Part shown: positions 48,781 through 58,949 of the stretch, in pieces
How the letters are laid out: every line of letters begins with the position of its first letter
How positions within the stretch are numbered: position 1 is the stretch's first letter
Assembly: GCA_009930115.1 (NCBI GenBank)
Contig: RZYY01000001.1
Location: forward strand, 4,167-68,166
Direction: 5' to 3'
From: Sphingobacteriia bacterium
Lineage (GTDB): Bacteria > Bacteroidota > Bacteroidia > Bacteroidales > 4484-276
DNA: 64,000 nt
Notes under the pieces: model-generated
What the model was told of the DNA's origin: nothing
The model's input: only the letters and a program-made list of their open reading frames with translations
Database searches by the model: none
Translations under genes and position numbers: made by a program

Positions 48781-50853
48781 TTACTTTCTGTTTACCAATG
48801 ATGTAAGTTTACCCGTGCCGGTTACGGTAAGTCTATGCATTGCCCTCGTACAGGCTACATAAAGCAAATGTCTGTCCATTTCGGTGGAATAATTTTCGGG
48901 TGTACAAAAAGGAACGGTAACCTGGTCGAACTCAAGTCCTTTAGCCAGCCAGGGTGTGGTGATGTGAACCCCGTTAAAAAACGAAATACTTTCATCAGTT
49001 AACAAACTGGTTTTTAATCCTTCAATTTCAAGTATTTCGTGAAGTAAATCAGCTTGTTTTTGGAATTTGCAAATGATTCCCATCGTATTGAAACTGCTTT
49101 GACTGAATTGGTTAATTTCCTGAATTATAATCTGAATTTCTTCTTTTTGGTCGTTGGAGGTAAACACTTTGGGTGCCTGTCCATGCCGGTGTACAGCAAT
49201 TATTTTTTCGTTAAACTGGATTTTTTGCACAAAAGCGGTAATTTCAAATGTAGAGCGGTAACTTGTGAACAATTCCATGATGGTTGCTTCGGGAAAAACT
49301 TTACCAATATCTTCCGCACACGAACTGCTGTATGGATTAACTGACTGGAATCTGTCACCAAGCAGGGTTTTATTGCAGGAGAACAATTTGGCAATCACGC
49401 CATATTGTACAGGAGTATAATCCTGCATTTCGTCAACAAGCAGGTGCTTTACATTTGTGTAGGGTTTAATTCCCTCAAGAAGAATGTTCAGGTAGATCAT
49501 TGGAAAAACGTCGGCGAATTCATAGGTTGTTCCTTTTAACATTTGGAGAAGTTCAGGTTTGCCCAGCCAGTCGTAAAACTCTTTGTAAAGTTTTCTCAGG
49601 TTGGTATTAACAAACATGTTGTCAATAGCTTTTTTGATCTCGTTTCGTTCTTTGGCAGTTACGTCATAATTATAGAAAATTCTGATATTGTCCGCTGTAT
49701 CTTTCACAATGGCCGGCAATCTCTTCATCAGTGGCAGCCTGTGATAAGCTTTAAAGCGTTCTTCGAAAAACCAGGCGGGAACAGGATGTTTTTTCACAAC
49801 AATGTCGCGAGGTGTAAAGCAGTTGTTTTCGATATGAAGCACAAATTCATTCATTTTGGTCACAATTTCATGAGAAGCCTTGAATCGAATCCGCGAAATA
49901 AAGTCTTCATCTGGTTTTTCGAGCAAACGGGTTATTTGTTCTGAAAACAACTGAAATTTTACTTTGTGCTGAAGGATTTCAACGGCGAGGTCTTCCATGC
50001 CGGTTTCTCTTATTTTCTCTTCGCCGAGTTCGGGCAGTACATTCGAAATATAATCGGCAAAAACCTTATTTGGTGAAATAATCAGGATATCGTTTGAATT
50101 GATGGTTTTGGGGTTTCGGTAAAGTAAAAATGCGATTCGGTGAAGAGCAATGGATGTTTTACCTGATCCTGCCACTCCCTGAATAATAAGTACAGGAGCT
50201 TCCTCATTACGTATAATAAGGTTCTGATCACGTTGTATTGTAGCTACAATGTTTTTCATCCGGTTATCGGAGGCTTGTGCCAGTTCTTTTTGCAAAATTT
50301 CATCCTGAATGTTGAGCGCATTCTCAATCATAAACTCCATTTTCCCTTCCCGGATACGATATTGCCTCTTCAGGGTAATCTCTCCGCTGGTATTGCCAGA
50401 TGGAGCAGCAAAGATTGCCGGACCAGTTTCGTAATCGTAATACATCGCAGATACCGGTGCACGCCAGTCATATATCAGGTTGATATTATGCTCATTGTCG
50501 TAAAAAGAATGAATTCCGATATAAATTGGAACAGGTAATTCGTCGTCATCAGGCTTAAAATCAATACGACCAAACCAAGGTGTTTTCAGAAGCCGGAACA
50601 ATCGTTTTCTTTTGGCATCCACTTTTTCACCAATCAGGATGGTTTGGGTAATCGACTTTCGGACAGCAAGTTTTTCCATACGATCCATGCTGTCCCTGTT
50701 TTCCCAGAAATATTCCTTGAATTCGGCAACATCTTTTTCATGTTCGCTTACACTTTGGCTCGTATCATCAATTTCGGCGGTGATGCGTTGTTTGATAACC
50801 TCAAGATAGGTCCGCTCATTCTGCTCAGTAGGGTTAAACACTGTTGTATTCAT
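48781..50853 (-). CDS. helD: UvrD-like helicase of the HelD (helicase IV / RNA polymerase recycling) type
   Basis: N-terminal WFGRIDF...IYIG...DWRAP module followed by Walker A GVAGSGKTS, DEMQDY (Walker B) and a C-terminal UvrD_C-like YVACTRAMHRL. Confidence 0.8.
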   Translation of the reverse strand: MNTTVFNPTEQNERTYLEVIKQRITAEIDDTSQSVSEHEKDVAEFKEYFWENRDSMDRMEKLAVRKSITQTILIGEKVDAKRKRLFRLLKTPWFGRIDFKPDDDELPVPIYIGIHSFYDNEHNINLIYDWRAPVSAMYYDYETGPAIFAAPSGNTSGEITLKRQYRIREGKMEFMIENALNIQDEILQKELAQASDNRMKNIVATIQRDQNLIIRNEEAPVLIIQGVAGSGKTSIALHRIAFLLYRNPKTINSNDILIISPNKVFADYISNVLPELGEEKIRETGMEDLAVEILQHKVKFQLFSEQITRLLEKPDEDFISRIRFKASHEIVTKMNEFVLHIENNCFTPRDIVVKKHPVPAWFFEERFKAYHRLPLMKRLPAIVKDTADNIRIFYNYDVTAKERNEIKKAIDNMFVNTNLRKLYKEFYDWLGKPELLQMLKGTTYEFADVFPMIYLNILLEGIKPYTNVKHLLVDEMQDYTPVQYGVIAKLFSCNKTLLGDRFQSVNPYSSSCAEDIGKVFPEATIMELFTSYRSTFEITAFVQKIQFNEKIIAVHRHGQAPKVFTSNDQKEEIQIIIQEINQFSQSSFNTMGIICKFQKQADLLHEILEIEGLKTSLLTDESISFFNGVHITTPWLAKGLEFDQVTVPFCTPENYSTEMDRHLLYVACTRAMHRLTVTGTGKLTSLVNRK

Positions 50854-50885
50854 TTCGGATCAGCTGTTTTGGTAATAACAGCCTG

Positions 50886-50893
50886 CAAAGGTA
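50886..50893 (-). promoter_or_regulatory. Candidate -7 promoter box (TACCTTTG on minus strand) for helD
   Basis: Plus-strand CAAAGGTA, 32 nt upstream of ATG 50853. Confidence 0.45.
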
Positions 50894-51135
50894 GGGAAAT
50901 TGATTGCTGCTTACACTTGGTCCAGCTCTGTTTGAAATCCTACAGCAAAATGCCGTAAAAAGTATTTCACGGCAGATAAATGAAATTCAATTATTTATTC
51001 GATGGTTAAAAATGATGAATTTTGATTAAGTAAAAAGTTTTATCGGGCAGTATTTTTGATATTAAACTGAAGACAAGTAATCAAAAGAGCGGGCAGTTTT
51101 TCGTTAGATTTGATAGCCGGAATCAGACAATTTAC

Positions 51136-51143
51136 TAATTTTG
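51136..51143 (+). promoter_or_regulatory. Candidate -7 promoter box TAATTTTG for a small lipoprotein gene
   Basis: Exact TAnnTTTG ending 11 nt before ATG 51155. Confidence 0.5.
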
Positions 51144-51154
51144 TACAGAAAAAA

Positions 51155-51571
51155 ATGAATACCATGAATAAGAAAATCTTTCCGGTTTTTATGTTTTTAT
51201 TACTGTTTGGTTTTACATCCTGCCTTGAAGACGAAGTTCTTGAAATGCTCGATCCCCGAAGTGATTTTCTGGGCACATGGGTCGTCAGCGAATCATGCGT
51301 GCGACTCAATTATGAAGTGGAAATTGTTGCTGATCCCGACAACGAACTAAGAGTGTTATTGTATAATTTCGCTCTGACCGGGCCAGGATACGATCCTGCC
51401 TATGGAAATGTACTTCTGAATAAAATAAACGTTCCGGAGCAAATTATTGGTGATAACTGGAAAGTAAGCGGCAGTGGGACATTGCAGGATGATGGCTCCA
51501 TTTCCTGGAGCTATTACATCGAAATTGCCGGTGATGGTTCCGATTGTGAAGCTGATTACGAAAAACCATGA
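51155..51571 (+). CDS. Small hypothetical lipoprotein
   Basis: Lipoprotein signal MNTMNKKIFPVFMFLLLFGFTSC from ATG 51155. No recognisable family. Confidence 0.65.
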   Translation: MNTMNKKIFPVFMFLLLFGFTSCLEDEVLEMLDPRSDFLGTWVVSESCVRLNYEVEIVADPDNELRVLLYNFALTGPGYDPAYGNVLLNKINVPEQIIGDNWKVSGSGTLQDDGSISWSYYIEIAGDGSDCEADYEKP

Positions 51572-51619
51572 TTAGTTTAGGTTTTTAGTGGTTTTGGCAG
51601 CAGAGAAATAGTTTTTTGT

Positions 51620-53095
51620 CTAAAAAGATTCAACTATGCTGATGAGAAGTTCTACGATAAGAGAACGCACATAATCCTGCTCACCCTCATAATTGTTGAC
51701 CATAACTACAAATGCTGCTTCTCGTCCTGATGTGGTTGTAAAATAGCCTCCATAGTTTAACATCCTGTCCATAGATCCGGATTTTGCTTTCAGGTTATCA
51801 GTAAGCACCGTTTCCCTGCCAAAAATTGCCATATTTCCTGAAACACCTGCAACTGGTAATGAATAGCTGAAAGAAACAGAATTTACACTTTCTTTTTTCA
51901 TATAGCGCAACACGTAAATTAGCTGTTCAGCAGTAATTCCGTTGACAGGAGAAAGTCCGCTGCCATCTTTAAGGAAAATTCCTCCTGTGGGCATTCCTTT
52001 TTTAGCCCAAAAATCCAAAATGTAGTTACATCCATTTTCAACTGAAGGATTACCATTGAGTAATGAAAGATGAAGCAGGAGCGTTTCAGCATAAAGGTTT
52101 ATGCTTTTGGAATTGGTAATACGCACTATTTCTCCAAGAGTTGGGGATTGAAATTTGCTCAGGATCACTTTTTTATCCGGTGAAGAAGAATAAATCGAAA
52201 CGGGGTCACCCGAGACAACGATGTTTAAGTCAATAAGCTTTTGGCGGAGCAGAGCTGCAGCAAGCAAAGCCGGATCGGGTACTGAGCCTTTTATGGTAAA
52301 GTTTGAACGTCCTGCCGGAACAGTACCCCGGATAATCCGCCTGTCGGACAGATAAGACCCGTAAATGTAAGCATTGTCGCGGTTATCTCCTGAAGCTGAA
52401 ACCTGATTATCAAAAGTTATCCCGGGAATTTCAGGAGAAATACCGGTAATCACAGCCGGTTGATTAATTCCGTCCAAAGTAGAAAATGATATAAGGTAAC
52501 TGTTGTCATTTACGGATAATCCATTCGCACACGCTCCGTAGTAGTTGCCAATATCTTCCCACATCCATGAATCGGGAATATTAGCTTCTCCGAAAATGGA
52601 AGCATCACCTGTAATTTTTCCTTCAATCCTTTTAATTCCTGCTTTTTTGACAGTTTCAGCCATTTTTCCGAAAACATCCCCATGATGTTCGGTAAAATAC
52701 TGGCTACCTAATGTCGGGTCTCCACCTCCGGAAACGATCAGATTCCCGTGCAGGGTTCCCTGCTCATCAAGATAGCCGGTGTAGCAAAGTTCGGTTGTAA
52801 AAGTATGCCCGGGTGACAGAACTTCGAGAGCGGTAGCAGTAGTGAGCAACTTCAGTGTTGAAGCGGGAATCAGTGTCAGGTCGGGGTTGTATTCAATCAG
52901 GGTTTTTCCGGAGATGATATCAACAGCTTTTATGGCAATAGAAGCGTGCTTTAATGGTTCGGATTTGATAAAAGGATTGAGTAATTCAGGGGATTGGTTA
53001 AGCTCCAAAAAAACTTTGTTCTGACCATTGCAGCATCCAATAATGAAAACAATTAAAAACGAAAGGGAATAGATAGGTTTAATTTTGTTTTTCAT
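51620..53095 (-). CDS. dacB: D-alanyl-D-alanine carboxypeptidase/endopeptidase (PBP4, peptidase S13)
   Basis: SxxK active site PASTLKLLT, DGSGLS and KAKSGSM (KTG-type) motifs. Signal peptide. Confidence 0.85.
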   Translation of the reverse strand: MKNKIKPIYSLSFLIVFIIGCCNGQNKVFLELNQSPELLNPFIKSEPLKHASIAIKAVDIISGKTLIEYNPDLTLIPASTLKLLTTATALEVLSPGHTFTTELCYTGYLDEQGTLHGNLIVSGGGDPTLGSQYFTEHHGDVFGKMAETVKKAGIKRIEGKITGDASIFGEANIPDSWMWEDIGNYYGACANGLSVNDNSYLISFSTLDGINQPAVITGISPEIPGITFDNQVSASGDNRDNAYIYGSYLSDRRIIRGTVPAGRSNFTIKGSVPDPALLAAALLRQKLIDLNIVVSGDPVSIYSSSPDKKVILSKFQSPTLGEIVRITNSKSINLYAETLLLHLSLLNGNPSVENGCNYILDFWAKKGMPTGGIFLKDGSGLSPVNGITAEQLIYVLRYMKKESVNSVSFSYSLPVAGVSGNMAIFGRETVLTDNLKAKSGSMDRMLNYGGYFTTTSGREAAFVVMVNNYEGEQDYVRSLIVELLISIVESF

Positions 53096-53113
53096 TCAAA
53101 AATAAGGGGATAA

Positions 53114-53935
53114 TCAGTTGGTTTCTTCAGTATTTTCCAGATTTACATTTTTGATGGCCATAATTTCGTTCGCAATCTCTTCGATGGGTTTATTGGTAAC
53201 AGTGATTACCGGCCATTTGGGTTGTTTGCTGAAAATGAATTTTGCCCAGCTCAATTCCCGTTCAACATGGTTCAGGCTGGCATAATCTGCTGCATTAAGA
53301 CCAAGGTTTTCGAGCCTTACGTGACGAAGTGTAGAAAGGTTATGTGCATAGGCAGTAAGGCAAAAAACCCGTTCGGACGGAACAGTGAATATTTCTTCAG
53401 GTGGCTGATGATTGAGAATAATAGGCACATTGGCAACCATCCATCCTTTAAAAGCAAAATATATACTCAGCGGGGTTTTAAAAGTACGTGAAACGCCAAG
53501 CAGTACAATTTCAGCTTTATCCAGTTCTTCCGGCCGCAGACCGTCATCATGCTGGAAAGCAAACTGCATGGCATCAATTCGTTTAAAATATTCTTTATTG
53601 ATTTCACTGAAAAGACCCGGTTTTTCAGCAGGGGAGTGCATTAGTTTTTCGGATAGTCGGGCCAGCAAAGGTCCCATCAAATCAATTGTTTCCACATTGT
53701 GGTAACGGCCGGTGGTAATCATGAAATCGCGCAGATCGTTCGAAACCAGGGTGTGAACAATGAAGGCACCTGCTTCAGCTGCTTCTTTTACGGCATTCTC
53801 GATTTGCTCGTGTCTTCGCACTTCATTGCGTATCACTGTTTCGAGTTTGTGATTTGGGAACTGTGTTATGGCAGCATTCAGGGCTTGTGTTGCAGTACGG
53901 CCTGTACCATCAGAAACTATAAAAATTTTGGCCAT
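53114..53935 (-). CDS. ppsR: Kinase/pyrophosphorylase family regulator (PpsR/PDRP, DUF299)
   Basis: IFIVSDGTGRTA N-terminus and LLGVSRTFKTPLSIYFA P-loop-like motif. 273 aa. Confidence 0.82.
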   Translation of the reverse strand: MAKIFIVSDGTGRTATQALNAAITQFPNHKLETVIRNEVRRHEQIENAVKEAAEAGAFIVHTLVSNDLRDFMITTGRYHNVETIDLMGPLLARLSEKLMHSPAEKPGLFSEINKEYFKRIDAMQFAFQHDDGLRPEELDKAEIVLLGVSRTFKTPLSIYFAFKGWMVANVPIILNHQPPEEIFTVPSERVFCLTAYAHNLSTLRHVRLENLGLNAADYASLNHVERELSWAKFIFSKQPKWPVITVTNKPIEEIANEIMAIKNVNLENTEETN

Positions 53936-53937
53936 GG

Positions 53938-54447
53938 TCAGTCGGATTTGAATTCATCAAAATTAAGAATTTTCAACTGCCAGTTATTTATGATGTCCAG
54001 TTCGCGAACAACCAGCGGACGGAGGGCAAAACCAACTGCTATCATAGTTCCACTTATAAGCAGGGTGTTTTCATCAACAATCGGATAATCATTATTAATC
54101 AATCGGTTGGTACCATCAATCAGAAAATAGGATATCCCGCCTCTGATAAAAAGCAACAACGACAAACGATCGAAAAAGCCTCTTCGTTTGTATATTTTCC
54201 CGATATTGGTTAGTCCGATTTCAAACTTCTGGTCAATAGTAATACTTGTATCGCCTATCTGTGTAATTTCTCCGCTTACTAAAAAATTCCCTCGCAGAGT
54301 TTGCAAATGGATGCTGGTGCCTTCGGTATATTTAAAGTTTTTCAGTTTGTTCTTTTTTTGAAGCACAAGATATTGCTGGGCGCTGCCGGTAACAGGGAAA
54401 AGAATCAGTAAAACAAACAGTAATTTGAAAAACAGTTTCAGAGACAT
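53938..54447 (-). CDS. Hypothetical membrane-associated protein
   Basis: Signal peptide MSLKLFFKLLFVLLILFPVTGSAQ plus two later hydrophobic segments. Tightly packed between the MOSC-MogA and ppsR-like genes. Confidence 0.55.
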   Translation of the reverse strand: MSLKLFFKLLFVLLILFPVTGSAQQYLVLQKKNKLKNFKYTEGTSIHLQTLRGNFLVSGEITQIGDTSITIDQKFEIGLTNIGKIYKRRGFFDRLSLLLFIRGGISYFLIDGTNRLINNDYPIVDENTLLISGTMIAVGFALRPLVVRELDIINNWQLKILNFDEFKSD

Positions 54448-54458
54448 GTGATGATTGA

Positions 54459-55379
54459 TTAATGATGTTCTACAGCATGAATCATGTAAAAAAGATGTTC
54501 AATATGTTTGGAGATTTCACTCATGTATTCGGTGACTGCATTAACGGAACCGGGGAGAGCAAACATCAGGGTAGTACCTGAAACTCCTGCCAGCGTGCGA
54601 CTTACAAGAACAACGGGTTTTTCAACTCCATATTTCCATCGAATCATTTCCATAATTCCGGGGATTTCTTTCTGGATAAATTTAATCATTACTTCAGGAG
54701 TAATATCCCGTGGGCCAATTCCCGTACCACCCGTTGTAATAATCAGATCAACTGAATTTTTCAGCTCTGTTTCCAATAATTGTTCAAGCAGGAGTTTGTC
54801 GTCCGGAATAATTTGCCTTTCAATACTGAACCGCCAGTTAAGTCTGGAGAAAATCTCTTCTGTCATTTTTACGATTTCAGGTCCGCTGCGGTCTTTATAA
54901 ATCCCTTTTGCCGCCCTATCGCTCAGGGTAATGACTTTGATCCTGAATATTTTAGGCAGAAAGGTCATTAAGTCGCCGGATTGAAGAATACCGCCACGGA
55001 GGACTCTGCAAAAGATGCCTTCACGAGGCATCAGATAGTGTCCGGGATCACGAAACTGATCATGCCAGGGTTTGCCTTTGATAATGACTTCCAGCTGAAC
55101 CTCATCTGAAAAAAAACGATCGAACATCCGTATATCTGTTTCTGTTTCAGATTGAAAGGTAATATTTTCGGCAAAACTCCCGTACTCTAAAGGTTTTGCT
55201 CCGGTAATTTTGTAAAACTGATCTGCTACAGCTATATCCATCATACTTACCGGCCTGACTGAATCGGCGTGAACATCCCCTTCGATACCCTGTTGGTTGA
55301 TGATGATTTTCCCTGCCGGAAATTTCCGCCCGCGTTCTTTGGCAACATTTACAGACAGAATTTTAATCTGTTTTTCCAT
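54459..55379 (-). CDS. MOSC domain fused to MogA/MoaB-type molybdopterin-binding domain
   Basis: N-terminal MOSC-like barrel (GIEGDVHA, EGIFCRVLRGGILQSGD). C-terminal MogA-like domain (ITLSDRAAKGIYKDRSGP, LIITTGGTGIGPRDITPEV). ATG 55379 is preferred over the TTG at 55385. Confidence 0.78.
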   Translation of the reverse strand: MEKQIKILSVNVAKERGRKFPAGKIIINQQGIEGDVHADSVRPVSMMDIAVADQFYKITGAKPLEYGSFAENITFQSETETDIRMFDRFFSDEVQLEVIIKGKPWHDQFRDPGHYLMPREGIFCRVLRGGILQSGDLMTFLPKIFRIKVITLSDRAAKGIYKDRSGPEIVKMTEEIFSRLNWRFSIERQIIPDDKLLLEQLLETELKNSVDLIITTGGTGIGPRDITPEVMIKFIQKEIPGIMEMIRWKYGVEKPVVLVSRTLAGVSGTTLMFALPGSVNAVTEYMSEISKHIEHLFYMIHAVEHH

Positions 55380-55642
55380 ACTCAATATTTTTCAAATCAA
55401 AAATTTTCATCAACTGGTTTCAGAATTCAGATCAACATTCTGAGTGTCATTTTCATCCTGCCTGCTGGTTATCCTGGTCTTGGAACCAATCCCTTCAACA
55501 AATATTATTCGCAGATCCGGATACTGTCAGGAACTTCTGAAATCATGAACAGTTGTTGATTTTCATGCAAAGATAACATATTGCCATTTTAAGCTGAAGC
55601 ACGCTTTTTTTGAAATCTATACTTTTACAAAAAAATTCTTTT

Positions 55643-55981
55643 ATGAACGAAATTCAGGAAATTATTGATCTGATCACTGCTTTTAGAGATGAGCGAAATT
55701 GGGAACAATTTCACAACGCTAAGGATCTGGCAATTGCTCTGTCAATAGAGGCAGCAGAACTAAACGAAATTTTTTTATGGAAGACACCTGACCAGGCAAT
55801 GGAATCAAACAGGGAAGATATTGCTGATGAATTGGCTGATGTGTTGGTTTATGCTTTTTATCTTGCCAAAAAATTCAATTTCGACATTAAAGAAATCATT
55901 CATCAGAAAATGAAGAAAAATGCTTTAAAATACCCGGTTGAAAAAGCCAGGAATCTTGCAACAAAATACAACCAGCTGTAA
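55643..55981 (+). CDS. MazG-like nucleotide pyrophosphohydrolase
   Basis: ERNWEQFHNAKDLAIALSIEAAELNEIFLWK and ELADVLVYAFYLA motifs. ATG 55643. Confidence 0.8.
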   Translation: MNEIQEIIDLITAFRDERNWEQFHNAKDLAIALSIEAAELNEIFLWKTPDQAMESNREDIADELADVLVYAFYLAKKFNFDIKEIIHQKMKKNALKYPVEKARNLATKYNQL

Positions 55982-56197
55982 TCAAATCTTCGGTTACTTT
56001 TGGCCGGTTGTTGATTACCAAACAAGTATTTCTACCTTTCGGCCTTCCGGGTTTGACGATTTTTGTGTTCCATTACCAGACTTCCAACTTCGGTGGTTAT
56101 TCTCCGGGGGTTGACACCTAAATCCTGCAATATATTTTTAACCAAGAAAAAAGTGCTGAAAAATTATTTTTGTCTGCTATCCTTTCTCCTTTCTTAA

Positions 56198-56941
56198 CTA
56201 TTTTGATTCTATGAGCTGATTATAGTAAGCAACAATTTTTTGAAGATCTTCGGGATTTCTGATTTTAAGCCCTTTTGACCGGATTTGTTGTTTTATTTCA
56301 GAGCTAAATCTTCCAAAAGTATCGCAGAATAGTCTCAGATTGTGGTTTACTTCAGTTGCAGGGCCATCATCAAACTGCAGTAAAAAAATCTGGTTGCGGT
56401 AAATAATTTCGTCGCCTGTTAAGGCATCAACCTGTTTGTATGAAGCAGTCCATCTTCGTAGCAGACTGCAACTGCCGGTTTCGATTACTTCCAGGTAACC
56501 TTTCTTTTGTAATCCACCGCAAACAAAAACATCATACACAAATACTTTATCAGCAATTCGAAGCAGCTTGATTTCTTCCGGATTGGCAAGTGCCAATACT
56601 TCTTTTCCTTTGATAAACTGCATTTGTTGTGTCAGCAAATTGTACCGGATACTGGGAATGTCAATTACATTTCCATCTTTCAAAATAGCCGTGCCTGGTT
56701 GCCAGTCCGATTGGAGGAAGGCATCTCCCGGTGTTCCGGCAGGATAAGTTTTAACTGCCTGCCCTCCGGAATTTTCCATTTGGAACATTGGTGCTGCAGG
56801 TTTAACACCTTCCGGACGATCTTCATTTTTTTGAACCGGTTGCTTAACCGGCTGCTGTCCAAACACCGATAAAGTGGTCACTCCCAGACAAAATAGAGCG
56901 GCCATAATTTTGGTTTTCCTGCTTTTTGTCTGTATTTTCAT
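56198..56941 (-). CDS. Hypothetical secreted protein
   Basis: N-terminal signal-like segment MAALFCLGVTTLSVFGQ. No recognisable family. Confidence 0.6.
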   Translation of the reverse strand: MKIQTKSRKTKIMAALFCLGVTTLSVFGQQPVKQPVQKNEDRPEGVKPAAPMFQMENSGGQAVKTYPAGTPGDAFLQSDWQPGTAILKDGNVIDIPSIRYNLLTQQMQFIKGKEVLALANPEEIKLLRIADKVFVYDVFVCGGLQKKGYLEVIETGSCSLLRRWTASYKQVDALTGDEIIYRNQIFLLQFDDGPATEVNHNLRLFCDTFGRFSSEIKQQIRSKGLKIRNPEDLQKIVAYYNQLIESK

Positions 56942-57055
56942 GACGCATTGAATTTAAATGTTGATAAATAAAATTCGCCACAATATACAACATTTTAATG
57001 GAAAATGCAAATAATTTTTCTAAAGGGTTGTATGCCGGTCGATGGTCAAATCTTT

Positions 57056-57063
57056 TACTTTTG
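57056..57063 (+). promoter_or_regulatory. Candidate -7 promoter box TACTTTTG for the DUF3109 gene (near-leaderless)
   Basis: Exact TAnnTTTG ending 4 nt before ATG 57068. Confidence 0.45.
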
Positions 57064-57067
57064 TCGC

Positions 57068-57667
57068 ATGATTATTATAGATAACACGAATATTTCAGAC
57101 GATCTTATTCTGGTGCAATTTGCCTGTAATGTAAAAAAATGCAAAGGAGCTTGTTGTGTGGCCGGAGATGCAGGAGCACCGCTGAGTGAGGAAGAAATCA
57201 GTTTGCTTGAAGATCATATTGATAAGATCAAACTTTTCATGACTGAAGCAGGAAAAAAAGTTGTTGATGCTAATGGTGTCTTCGATTATGATATAGCCGG
57301 CGATTTTGTAACCCCTTTGGTAAATGGTCGTGAATGTGCCTATGCTAACTTTACTAATGGCATTGCATGGTGTGCTATCGAAAAAGCCTGGGAAGAAGGA
57401 GTGATTAAATTCAGAAAGCCTGTTTCGTGCCATCTTTATCCGGTTCGCATTACTTCCTATGCAAGCTACGATGCTGTGAATTACCACGCCTGGGACATTT
57501 GCCGGTCTGCTTTGGTCAACGGTCGAAGAATTGGTGTGCCGCTCTATGTCTTTTTAAAGGAGGCACTTATTCGTAAGTATGGAAAACTCTGGTACCACAA
57601 ACTTGAAAAAGAGGCATCAAGACGGCTGAAACATAGAAATGATAAAGCTACTTTAACCGGTCAATAG
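57068..57667 (+). CDS. DUF3109 family cysteine-rich protein
   Basis: MIIIDNTNISDDLILVQFACNVKKCKGACCVAGDAGAPL is typical of the DUF3109 N-terminus. The 3' end overlaps the convergent M48 gene by 20 nt. Confidence 0.75.
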   Translation: MIIIDNTNISDDLILVQFACNVKKCKGACCVAGDAGAPLSEEEISLLEDHIDKIKLFMTEAGKKVVDANGVFDYDIAGDFVTPLVNGRECAYANFTNGIAWCAIEKAWEEGVIKFRKPVSCHLYPVRITSYASYDAVNYHAWDICRSALVNGRRIGVPLYVFLKEALIRKYGKLWYHKLEKEASRRLKHRNDKATLTGQ

Positions 57668-58886
57668 CGGTAAGTCGTTGTAAAAGTGTGGGATGTGAAT
57701 AGCTCATAAAAACAACAGCCGGATGAGGCCGGAGATTACTCAGGTTTTTAACCGAGAGTTTTTTAAGGGCATTCTTCAGGCTGTTTGCATTATATTGAAG
57801 AGCAGCATACCGATCGGCAGCATATTCATTTCTTCGGGAAATGTAATTCATCAAAATTCCCAGTAGCATCGAAACCGGGCTGTAAAGAAGACCAAACGCA
57901 ACCAAGCCCATGTGGAAACTGCTTTTTTCTGCTCCCAAAGCCAGGGAAAGAACTGGATTATTGATAGAAACAGATAATATAAACAGTAAAATTCCGGTGT
58001 TGAGAATGCTGGTAAACAACCCTGTCAGCGTATGTTTCTTTTTGTAATGACCGATTTCGTGGGCAAGAACAGCAACAAGCTCGTCAGTGGTATGATTCCC
58101 GATAAGTGTATCATACAGCACAATCCGTTTTTTGGGGCCTATACCGGCAAAATAAGCATTAGCTTTTGTCGAACGCTTTGAACCGTCAATCACGTAAATA
58201 TTTTTCAGTTTGAATCCAACCTTTTGTGTGAAGCTTTCAATAGCGCTGCGCAGCTCACCTTCTTCAAGCGGACGCTGCTTGTTAAACAGGGGAACGATCA
58301 GAGAAGAGTATAACATGGTCATAAAAATGCTGAAAACCGTGATAATAATCCATGCAATTAACCAGAACCATTCTCCGGTTGAATGAAAAACCCATAGGAT
58401 TAGTGCAAGCAAACCTCCACCGATAATTACACCAAGAAGCCATGCTTTGATTTTGTCAAGAATATAAGTTTTAACAGTGGTTTTATTAAATCCGAATTTT
58501 TCTTCGATTATAAATGTATCGTACACATCGAAAGGTGTTGAGAGAATATCGGAGGCAAAGCCAATGATTCCAAAAAAGAGAATGGCCTGCAAAATATCAT
58601 TTGAGGTTATCTTGACAACTATTTGATCTAACCAGGAAAAACCGCCTAAAAGAATCATTAGCAGAATAGCCAGAAAAGAAAAAGTTCCGGTTATCATGCT
58701 AAAAGTATGATTGGCTTTCAGGTATTGCTGAGAACGGCAGTATTCTTTTTCGTCGTAAATGTCTTTCAGTTCTTCGGGAAGCTTTTCGCTGAAGCGGGTT
58801 GAATTTAGATAGCGGAGCAGCTGCTCCACCACAAAGTCAAGAACAATGAAAGCAAGTATCAGATTGAACACCAGTTGAATACTCAT
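57648..58886 (-). CDS. M48 family zinc metalloprotease (Ste24/CAAX-protease-like)
   Basis: HEIGHYKKKH zinc motif, multi-TM N-terminal half, and a C-terminal THPTLLQR-type block. Confidence 0.88.
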   Translation of the reverse strand: MSIQLVFNLILAFIVLDFVVEQLLRYLNSTRFSEKLPEELKDIYDEKEYCRSQQYLKANHTFSMITGTFSFLAILLMILLGGFSWLDQIVVKITSNDILQAILFFGIIGFASDILSTPFDVYDTFIIEEKFGFNKTTVKTYILDKIKAWLLGVIIGGGLLALILWVFHSTGEWFWLIAWIIITVFSIFMTMLYSSLIVPLFNKQRPLEEGELRSAIESFTQKVGFKLKNIYVIDGSKRSTKANAYFAGIGPKKRIVLYDTLIGNHTTDELVAVLAHEIGHYKKKHTLTGLFTSILNTGILLFILSVSINNPVLSLALGAEKSSFHMGLVAFGLLYSPVSMLLGILMNYISRRNEYAADRYAALQYNANSLKNALKKLSVKNLSNLRPHPAVVFMSYSHPTLLQRLTAIDRLK

Positions 58887-58949
58887 TACCTTTGATGATT
58901 AATACTTATTATGAAAAAATCCCGCAAAACTTGTTTAAAACATTGTAAA

